Both the position numbers and the translations under genes were made by a program. 64,000 bases of DNA from Balanoglossus misakiensis (taxonomy: Eukaryota; Animalia; Hemichordata), in the NCBI GenBank assembly GCA_040954595.2, contig CM082586.2, positions 463,123-527,122 of the forward strand, written 5' to 3'. Positions 1 to 10,200 of this stretch are shown here, piece after piece (position 1 is the first letter of the stretch; the number at the start of each line of letters is the position of its first letter). Below the pieces are notes generated by a model. The model did not search any database. It had not been told where the DNA came from and saw nothing but the letters and a program-made list of their open reading frames with translations.

Positions 1-1469
1 TGGAGGATGTTCATCTCTTCCTCAAGTTCCTTCTTCAGATCTTCCAGTTCTGTGTATTTCTGAGTCAGATCTGCGTGTTCCTCCCTTAATCTGTCGATTT
101 CGGATTGCATATTCTCATCGCGCTCGGACAGACTTTCCTGCAATGCATCACGTTGCTGCTCTAATTCTTCGTTACTCTCTTGCAGATCCTCAATCTCACT
201 CGCTTGACGTTCTACGTCCCTCTTAAGCATCTCGATCTCAGCATTTCTACTTTGCATTTCCTTACATTCACTAAAGGCCTGCTGTAATGCCAGAAGACAC
301 TTCTGTTTCTCTCCATCAATTCTTTCCTTTTCTTGTACAATCTGATCCGTCATTCTCTTGGTCTCGTCCAGCTTTTTCCTTTGTGCCAGTATATATTGCT
401 TGTACACGTCATTATCTGCTCTCTGCTTTTCCAATTGTGCTCGTTGTCGCTCTATTTCTTCCTGGCAAACCTTCAGGTCTTGCCTCAGATTCAAAATCTT
501 GTATTCAGATTCTTTCACTTGTTGATCTAAAATGTCTACTTTGTGACACTCATCATTCAAGGCTGCAACAATGTTGTCAGCTGACTCATTCAAGAGATTG
601 TCTCCATCAAGTAGACTGTTGTTGAAGCTTGTACTGAGGTTACCACTGACATGAATGCCACTGTCATTGGGGTTCATCTGTTCAGGGGTTTTCTTAGTGC
701 CACTTTCATTCAAACTCATCTGTAATACTCTAATGCCAGTGTCATTAAGGTTCAACCCTTCTTGCAGTTTCTTGATGACCGATTTAATCTCCTTCGCCTG
801 GACATGACATCTTTCTGCGAGTGTCTCTTGATTCTCATTCAACTCCACAATCAACATTCTCATTTCGTTTATTTCATCCAATCTCCGATTCTCCTGTTTC
901 TGCAGAGACCCTGCAATCTTTTCCTCTAGGGCTTGCTTCTCTTTCTGAATGCGTTCTCTTTCACGTGCAAGTTGGCTGCACCTCTCTTGCGTATTTGTGA
1001 GCTGCCGCTCAACAGCTGCAGCACGCGAAGTGGACTCACGGCTTTGATTCCTCCAGAGTGCAGCAGCCCTATCCGCTCTCTCTAACTGTTCATTCATGTT
1101 CTGAACATTCAAATGTGAAGACTGGGCCCGCACTTCACGTTCCATGGCAACGATTTGACGCTGTAGCTGTGCTTTCTCTTCCTGGCCACTGGTGGCGTTC
1201 TCATGGAGCCGTCGTATTCTGGTTCGCATTTCTGTCTTCTCATCACGCAACTGTTGTATCTGGTCTGCTCTTCCGTCCAGAAATCGCAGCACGCTGACAT
1301 GTAAACCATTAATTGTGCTCAGACAAGCTACGCCAACCAGACTGAACAAACTTTGATCTCCCAGAACTCCACAGATCAGCAACCCAACCAGAATGGATAA
1401 GATTACTGTGATGAACGCATCACTGGAACACAATACCTGTCTGCTGAAGAGATCCCTCAACTTCGTCAT
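1..1469 (-). CDS. Partial (3'-truncated) single-exon ORF of >=489 aa: N-terminal hydrophobic/TM segment(s) followed by a long coiled coil; family not recognised
   Basis: Manual minus-strand translation is open from ATG 1469 (MTKLRDLFSRQVLCSSDAFITVILSILVGLLICGVLGDQSLFSLVGVACLS...) to the window edge, with E/Q/K/L heptad-rich sequence. There is an in-frame upstream stop, an acceptor-like tttgtatctctag near 1528 and a donor aaag|gtgagt near 2037. Absent from the ORF track because no stop lies in the window. Confidence 0.8.
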   Translation of the reverse strand, partial: MTKLRDLFSRQVLCSSDAFITVILSILVGLLICGVLGDQSLFSLVGVACLSTINGLHVSVLRFLDGRADQIQQLRDEKTEMRTRIRRLHENATSGQEEKAQLQRQIVAMEREVRAQSSHLNVQNMNEQLERADRAAALWRNQSRESTSRAAAVERQLTNTQERCSQLARERERIQKEKQALEEKIAGSLQKQENRRLDEINEMRMLIVELNENQETLAERCHVQAKEIKSVIKKLQEGLNLNDTGIRVLQMSLNESGTKKTPEQMNPNDSGIHVSGNLSTSFNNSLLDGDNLLNESADNIVAALNDECHKVDILDQQVKESEYKILNLRQDLKVCQEEIERQRAQLEKQRADNDVYKQYILAQRKKLDETKRMTDQIVQEKERIDGEKQKCLLALQQAFSECKEMQSRNAEIEMLKRDVERQASEIEDLQESNEELEQQRDALQESLSERDENMQSEIDRLREEHADLTQKYTELEDLKKELEEEMNIL

Positions 1470-2863
1470 TCTGCTAAAGCCCTGGACTGCGAGTCTCAAT
1501 GAACAGCAAGGTCAACTTGATATCAGTCTAGAGATACAAAAATATACAGAACACAGACCATTGAAACTGATTCAATTCTGTACAGTATCATGGCCAGATT
1601 ATTGATTGCAATAAGTCACGGTGAACAAACCAAAATGCCAAATTGCAATTCCCCTGTGCCCTCTCTACTGTCTATGGTGCCATGTACCAACAGAAAGAAG
1701 GTCGTTTCGCTTTTATAGGCCTACAGCATATGGTAGCCCCGCCCATCTGTACATATCATAGTGACTTGCTCTGCGCGTGGCAAGCCAAGGCTTAGTCTTG
1801 TTAGCATGTCGTGGCTGGAGCTGACGTGCAGCCGTTAACAACACACAGTCCTACCTCCTGCTAGCCCTAAAATTATGGCAAGAGTGTCCGACTATGGCTG
1901 TGTTGCCGAAATTAGACGCTGACCATTTCCTGGAATTCTTGAGGCCTTATTGAAATGGCGTTCCCACGGCCGAGTTGACCAAATAATGAAAATAAACGTG
2001 TGTGCGGTGACTTATATATTTGACGTTGGTACTCACCTTTTATCAAACGATTTATTGTCAGTGAGAAGTCCAGCGAAACCGTTCCCCAAGAAATCCACGG
2101 TGAACCTGTAAGTTTTCGGCAGTCTTGTTCGTGGCGTGGGTAAGCAGAGATGAAGAAGTTCCCCTGAGGTCAAAGGTCATCGGGCGACGCGACGCTATAT
2201 ACTGCCCTCTGTGTTGATTTGGGTAAATCTTTTCTTTTATAAATGACCGCATGGCAGCGATTTCCATATCAGCATCATTTGCATATGGTCAGTTTTATTC
2301 ATTCTAGATATTGATTTCAGTTTTGATAAACGGGGGTACCATACTTCGTCGCAAACAGTTTGGCATTTGTGGGTGAGTAAAATAGGTAAGGTGTTATTTT
2401 AGAGAAATCTATCGTGGTTCCTCTCAATTCTTTTTTTTTCATTCACTTATTTTTGGAACTAACATGTGGTGGTAACATCACCCATAATATCATACATGTA
2501 TTTTGTTTTTGACGGTCAGTTTTTCGTTTATATGAAATCCATATAACTGCTGGTACGTTAATCAAAAGCGGTGTCTTGGGATCCCGTCATCATCATCATC
2601 ATTCAGGGATGGCCTTTACCCGTTGCTCCCGGACTCCCAATTATATCTTTGGGTTCCTGTTGTGTCAAGCAATTTTTCTTCTCATGTTTCAGTCATATTT
2701 CAGTGAATATTTATGCATACTTGAACGGAATAATGACCTAAACGACAAATCGGGGCCTCCAGAGATCCCTTTGCAGTGTAAAACAAACACCAATCGATAA
2801 TGATATAAGCATGTAGTCCGTCATTTCACTCTGCTCCAGTAAATTAGGGGGAAATCGATTTAT

Positions 2864-2873
2864 GTCACGTGAC
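2864..2873. promoter_or_regulatory. Palindromic E-box/CLEAR-type motif GTCACGTGAC
   Basis: Exact 10-bp match about 55 bp upstream of the carotenoid oxygenase ATG; function inferred only. Confidence 0.4.
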
Positions 2874-2926
2874 TATTACATGATTGTATTCATATTTTGG
2901 ACAGGAGGGACTCCGCTATATTCGCC

Positions 2927-5900
2927 ATGCAGTGGCGAATAGAAACGACGTTCATACTTATCATGAATGTGGTTGCCATGATAACCTGCTGGGAAGTTCC
3001 AGACAACGTGTACGACACTTTCTACGGCACAATAAAATCGGAGCATAGTGACATTGAACTTGTAACAAAGGGGTCAATTCCCAAATGGATTAGTGGTAAG
3101 TTAGCTTTTTGCTTGCTTCGGTTAGTTTAATTGTCAGTGTGAGGGGGGGGGGAGAGAGGGAGGGAGGTGGTCAAACCTAAGGCAGTACATGCAATATCCA
3201 TTTTGCATACCCTCACTTCACTTATCATTCTCTGTCACAGGTTATTTCCTTCACCAAAGTTGCGGTTCGTTCGGAAACAGAAGTAGCCCCACAGGAAGCA
3301 GAGTTATTCACACCTTTGACGGCATGGGCGCTGTAGCCTCTTTCAAATTCAACAGAGGACGCATCACTTACTCCCACAAGTATGTCAACATAAAATACAA
3401 ACACATTTACGTAACTGTGGACATTTTACCACCCCCTGGTTGGTAAAGATATCTGAAATATTTAAAATATTAAAATATTAATTTCTTGCAGATTCTACCG
3501 TACTAAGCCTTTCAAAATTTGGGATTATTATGACAGAGATATGGACAAATCAAAAATTGCCTGGTTAACAGCTTACTCGGACATTGTAAGTGATAAAAGA
3601 ATTATCTTTCTCACTGCAGTTTCTTTTAATTAAATAAATATCAATCTCTCGAGATTAATTAATATTATTGGTTGTGTATTTTAAGGATCAAGAACAGTAC
3701 GAAAAATGGTGGCCATTTCAGGAATATCCTGCCTTTAATCCAAACATTGCATTCTGGAAAATAGGAGATAAAGTGGAAGCTGTAATGGACAATGCCGATG
3801 GTAATTCCGAGGAATTTATTAATACACATCAGAGACAGACAGACAGACAGACATGTTAATAGACTATAAAGAAATACTGGAATGTATGTACATAAATATA
3901 TGTATTATCATAATTGTAAATAATATCAACACCTGCATTACAAATTTCCTCTTAATGCAACCACAGGTTTCTGGTTTGATATGAACACCCTTGAAAGTAA
4001 AGGGATGTTCCCCTTCAAAGACATTAACTTCGGGCTTCCATTCTCCATGGTTGCTGTCAACAATCCTGCGCATGAGCAGGTGGATGAAGATGGCATAACA
4101 ATCTTCAGTGCAGTTTCGATGTTTGACGTCAGCAATTTCGCCAGAGTGACTGTTAGGTTAGTCTTTCGTAGAATTATTTCCGACCAACCGAAATAGCTGA
4201 CACCAGAAAGACAATGTCTGCAGGGATGTTACAAGAGAGATGGAGAGACTAAGGAAAATCAGAAGCACTGAAGAAAAGGCTGATTTGAGTTTAAGATGAC
4301 GAAAGACAACGACCAACTTTCTAATTCTAACATTACCACTTGAATTGCAGACGTTTTGTTTATAAAATTGAGAATGACACTCGAATTCCCATCACATCGT
4401 TCCACGAAGCTGGACCGTTCGATTTGAACCACTGCTATTTCGACCAATCATACCCAGAGATGTCTCAAAGGCCAGGGTATCTTCACTCTTTTAGTATGAC
4501 AGAAAATTACTACGTTCTGCCTATAAGTACCTTTCTCTACGACATATGTAGCCTGTTCAGAGGTGAGAATATTCTTTACTAAAAAGTGCCATTTTGAAAA
4601 GAAATTTGTCGACTCTTAATTGAATAGATACTTTTGTAATAAAGAAAGATAAACTTATCGAGTGGTTTTCTTTTTTCCAGTCAGTGAACCAGACGGACCA
4701 GAATTACCACTATACAGTTCTATAATGAAATATTCCAAAGACGTCCCGACGCGTTTTGTGATCATCGATCGGAAAACCAACAAAGTCGTCGGTGAATTTT
4801 ACACTCAAGACGGGCTTTTCATCACCCACCAGGTAAACGCATGCGCATACAGAGACGGTTTCACTGCGGCATGAAAGTGATGCAGTCAACTTCTTTTTTT
4901 GCGAAATACTAACTGTAACTTAATAATGACAGGATGTTTAGCATGTTTTAAGAAATAGAAACTGATAATCAGAACAAAACTATCAAAAACCTGACTCAAT
5001 CTTTCGTGATTTTAGCTGAATTCTTACGAAGAAGATGGAATTATGTACCTGGATATGTTGACCTATCAAGATGACATATACGAACACCTGCACTTAGATC
5101 AACTACTGACGACTCCGGTAAGGAATCATCAAAGATCCAAGATAATATTAACAACGATATCTTTAAAAGCATTTTTAACAACTAAACAGGCTTTTGAAGA
5201 ATCCATACACAGCAACATTTAACAGTTTGGCAAAAAAGTAGCTTATCCGTTATTCCCGAACTCGGATCTTATCTAATTTAACTAATCATCTGTTATTACA
5301 GGATTTTGCGACCAGGGTTGAAAGGTTTGCAGTGGACATGTCTGATTGGACTCTATTGGACAGAATTGACCTTTACCCTTCCACCAAATACCGACTGGTG
5401 GAATTTCCTGCCATCAACTACGAACAGTACAATACTAAGCCCTATAATTACACATACATGGTCGGATTCGATCCCATTCCCAATGCACTCATCAAGGTAT
5501 TTACACATTCGAAAAATTAATGATTTATTCATGATTTCGAGTTTGTGACGTAATTTGAGAAAATACATCAACCAGACTCTAGTAATTATTTGTTTTATAT
5601 CGATTGGTCAAACAGTGGATACCTAATTGGATGATGCAAACGCGAACAAATTAAAATAATTGGATTACTCATTATTGTACATACGTAGAAATACATTAAA
5701 TGTCTAGTAGGAGTATATTGTGATGATTGGAATGTGGCTGCATTGATTGGACGATATGATAACCGTCTCCTGATTTTGTTCCACATCATTTATATCATCA
5801 GTTAAACGTCCAAACTAACGAGACTATTTACTGGGGACCGTTCGATGGTCTCATACCCGGAGAGCCAGTGTTTGTAGCCGGACCAGACTCTGCAGCCGAA

Positions 5901-6374
5901 GACGATGGCGTCATAATTGCCAATGTATTGGATACGAATACCGAAAAGGGTAAGATAGGTTTTGAAGACGGCGGGTCGGAAAGGGTTCCCTATAGTACTG
6001 AAATGTATAGATCTGAAATATCATGATTATCTTAGTAAATTATAAAAATGGAAGACTGCATGTGTAGGTGCATTATACTTTATTAAAAATGTGATGTTTA
6101 GTAATTGTTGCAGTGTGTCACTCCAGAGCAATATTTTTCTCGTCAATCTCCAGGGTTGGTCGTCGTTCTGGATGCTGCAACGTTTACAGAAATTGGTCGA
6201 GCAATATCGCCGGAACTTATGCCGTATGGCCACCACAGCAAGTTTGTCAGACACTCGCACACATCACAGAGTTCAGGCTGCCAACAACCGGGATCGGTTG
6301 CAACGATAAAGATATTCCTTCTATCGATACTCATTTCATCGATAGCCTCACTTGAGCTCAGTGCAAGTAATTAA
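2927..6374 (+). CDS. Carotenoid oxygenase (RPE65/BCO/CCD family), 11 coding exons, ~578 aa, with predicted signal peptide and GPI-like C-terminus
   Basis: GT-AG exons 2927-3095, 3241-3379, 3492-3585, 3686-3800, 3967-4156, 4351-4562, 4681-4832, 5016-5117, 5302-5496, 5802-5949, 6154-6374 join in frame (1737 nt). Family motifs: GSIPKWISG, HTFDGMG, NPAHEQVDEDG, YLHSFSMTENY, THQLNSYEEDG, EFPAINY, PGEPVFV, EDDGV, PYGHHSKF. Confidence 0.92.
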
Positions 6375-6500
6375 ACAAATGTCTGTGTAAATGCATAGTT
6401 AATAGAAGAAACGGGAACTAGTGTTGTCGATTATACAGGTAGGGGATAAGAAACTCCAGATGAGAAAGAAAAAAACAATTGTGGATAGTCACAGCTATAG

Positions 6501-7288
6501 CTACTGTTTCTTCTGAGCTTCATATGCGTCATTAAGAGCTTTCACTATGATGGGTTTCATGACTGTCCAAGCTTTTATCCAAGCCTGTTTGGCAAACTCT
6601 GAGTAGCTTCTGCCACTCTTGTTTTCGACAAGCCACACCACAACGCCTCCAAGTGCCTGTAATTGCAATAGGATAAAGTGTATTTTGAAATGGGATATCG
6701 GACAGACAAACAGGCAGGCAGGCAGGCACACACTAACACGCGTACACACTTTTACACAGAAGAAATAGAGATTAACTCACATCGAACTGCTCTTCTGTGA
6801 CCTTGTGTTTTGAATGCGAAATGCCGATGTCAACCAATAACTGAACGAGCACATCCACATCATCCAAGTTTTCGATAAAAGAGTTGAAAGACGCCATCAC
6901 GCGGACGCCATGTGCCTTCATTCTGGGATGTTTGGCTAACTTCTCGAGGTCATCAATCCCTTCAAGGTTTTTAAAAAGCTTCTTAAACTCCGGGTGTTCT
7001 ACAAATATCCTGGAAGCAAAGAGAATATTCTGTCTGAAGAACTTTCAAAATAACTACAGGCGACATGAACTATTGTAAACGATTACTGCCATCCCTGAAT
7101 CAATCGTCAGTTCACCAATACATTCTAACTTACCTTATGAAGAAAGCAACGCCGTTTTCTACTTTCTTGGCATAAATTGCCTCCCACGTTTCTCGAATCG
7201 CTTTTTTCTCGTTGGGTGTCAATGTCGTGCCTGGATCAGGAACATCGCCCTCAGACGATCCCCAGAAATAACTCAAAATGGTACCCAT
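6501..7288 (-). CDS. Globin A (179 aa) with N-myristoylation motif; predicted membrane-bound globin
   Basis: Exons 7288-7134, 7009-6781, 6656-6501 (540 nt); introns at the canonical B12.2 and G7.0 positions. CD1 Phe (KLFKN), E7 His (KAHGVRV) and F8 His (GISHSKH) are present. N-terminus MGTILSYFWG; TATAAA on the minus strand at 7360-7365. Confidence 0.93.
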
Positions 7289-10200
7289 ATTGGTTCCAAA
7301 TGTCTGTGGTTGAAACAGAAGTTTTGACCAAGCGATAATAAGTATTGAGTGTTGCACAATTTATACATGACATAGACATAGGTTATTTGCACTTTACGTT
7401 TGGTGAGGTACGCATTCGGTAAAAGACTTGGTTCAAGTACGTGAATTAAAGAAATCACATTGAGAGCTGTGTAAGACTACGTGCAAATTGTACACATTTG
7501 TCAATCCATCATGTTCGGAAAATGGAGTGTGTATTCAAACAGAACACATTCCTCTAAAAGTCTAGCCATATAACCTTTGAAGCCACAATTATCCTTAACA
7601 GACTCATCGTGCTAACAATGCTCCAAGCAAACTTTTGTTAAAGAATTAATTAAAAGACCCTGGGTGTAACATTCTGACATTTGACTTCGGATGACGTGGT
7701 TCTCATGGGATGTGAACAGCACCACCAATCAAAACACAGGATTGTTATTTGAAATGCATGAAACGTGTCCAAACGCACTAACTTACAACGGGATGGTTTA
7801 TGGGATCACCGCGGTTGAGTGAGAGTTGTTCCCACAGCAATAAATCACCATGATTATAGTGAAGCTCCCTATGTTTAGTGTGACTTCTATGCCACGATAC
7901 AATTGTTTGACCTGCCCAGTTAAATTGGGGGAACCTGAGGGGCCAGTTATTTTCAATGGCGTGAGGAGTGCCAGTACTTTTATAGTTAGTACTTTTAACA
8001 AAAGCAAAATGCAAAGGTTACTAAGAAAAAAAACGGTATTTTTGCACTGTGCTAAAGAGCTGAAACATCATTTTTAAACGTAATTTGTGTATGTGTTATC
8101 TCGGGCAGTGTGCGGCAGCCTTGCATTTTTAATTTTAGGATGTTGCTGATTGGTCAGTTCCTTGTCAATTTGCTTGTTAAACGTATACAGCAGATGTATG
8201 CAGAATATTCTGGCTGGGGAGGGGGTGGCTGCCATTATCTTTCCGCCCAGTGCAGTACGCCGTGTTTGTCGATACGAATGAATTATTTCAACTTTCTTAA
8301 GACAGGTGTGAGAAAATGCCAGCCGAAGGACAGATAAAGGCCAATGTCCTATTAACATTTCATCGTCGAAGCCATTGCGTAACAAAACTTCATTGAAAAG
8401 TTCCAGTAGTCTACAAGTGCCGTCGGATAGGCTTACATGATATCCCACAGCGTGGTTCAGAAAGTTTATAACATCGGATTTAGTGAGGCTGTCAGACTTG
8501 GCAATTAAGGTCCCTTTACCCAGATCTTTTCTATTTACAACAAAGGCGTTTCGAGGCCATGAAACATGCGAGTGTAAAATGGGGACACGTCCGCGGGCCT
8601 TGGGTATAGTTTTTGCCTGCGCTGACCGGCGAGTAAACTAGTTCATGTCGTCCTGCAAGACACCTTGAAAAGAAAATTTTGCTGAAAAGAAAATAATGCT
8701 CACCACAAATGGTTGGCCGGTGTCTCAAGACAAAGTTTCCCCGGGAAGTTTTCTTAACTTAAATCCGGAAAGGAATGCGAAGTGTCTTCACTTTTAGAAA
8801 CCAGTGATTGGAAGGTTGACAACCGCACACACGCACGTACACACAATCGATGATCATTGCCAACTGAAACCCCAGAGAGATTTAGGGTCAGGTCAACACG
8901 ACCAGAGGTCACATGGAACATAAAGAAAACTGGAACTGTCATTGTGTGTATCCATTGCAGTAATTCATATACAGTTTCATTCAAAACCACAGAGGGTTTC
9001 AAAGTTCAGTTTTTGACGTCTTTTCACTTTATCTCAAAACAGGGATTGCCGGGTGACGTTTTTGACAGGCAAGGGGATAACCATTGGATTTCTTGGGGTG
9101 GGGGATTTGGATGTGTTAGCAGTTTTTTTCAAGCACTGTTACAGCAATTTTGTTATTTGATTACTATTTATATTTATAACAACATAAATAATTTCTCACA
9201 CGCAGACCTGTCCAAAAAAATTGCTGAACGATGGTTGCGTTGTCCCTTATACTAATACCGCGATCCTTGACCCCATAGACACCGCAGTGATGATGTCATC
9301 GTGATAGGAGCGATATCGCACGTAAAAAGTACCGATGCAGCATGACTCATTGAATTTATGAAGTTTGTCTTTGATATAATTAAGCACTTTCACAAAATTT
9401 CACACTTTCAGATAGTTTCCCTCTCTAGAAATCTCATTACCGCAGAAATAGTAGATTAATCAAACCGTGGTGGTGGTGGTGTTTTACAGCTGGCGGTGAT
9501 TATTAAAAGCTGGCGTGATTTTAACCTCCTGTCTATTTTACCACGATTATTTGAGTGAGCGTTGTCCCAGATTCTCCGTCTTACTTGTGTGACAGCGACA
9601 GGGACCTGTGACACCACGTCACGTCAAGCATGATGACATCACTGCCGTCACAAAACCGGAAGTTGCAGACGTCCAGGGGCGGGGACAGCGACTCCGGCTC
9701 CGACAAGTTGACCATACCGAACCGAAGGTAAGAAGGAAATGGTGAATAGGTTCACAACCACAAAAATGTTTTTCTGCAAATTATTTCACTTTCTTCACCC
9801 ACTGACTTTGGCATCTCTTGTCAATTTTCCTCAGAGCAACTGAACGTAGAGTCAAAATTGCAACCGTGAAAAGGTTCTCCGAATTTCCAAATACCAGTAC
9901 ATGTACTTGTGTATTTGCATTACTTATCCATTGTTCGTTAAAGTAAGAGAAGAACCTTTCGGATCCAGCGCAAACTTCGTGTTAAAGTATTGTGCGCACT
10001 ATGGTCACGTGATTGTCATAGCCACATTTCCCCTGTGTTCCAGTCACTGCAGGGGGACTGTCTTCGCAGTGAGTTTGAGTACGGTTGCTAGAAAGGTGCA
10101 GTTTCAGCGACTGTGCTTTTGTATTGTTCATTCGGACATTCCTGTGTGTGTAGTACACACAGCGCGTCTGACATCAAATAATGGTTACATAACATGACTG

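Noticed and set aside
5720-5775. Possible C/D-box snoRNA (gtgatga...ctga) in an oxygenase intron
   Set aside because: Too short, with no terminal stem and no recognisable rRNA guide.
7778-9255. Several 65-132-aa ORFs between the globins
   Set aside because: No recognisable domains or exon chains; likely repeat-derived or random.
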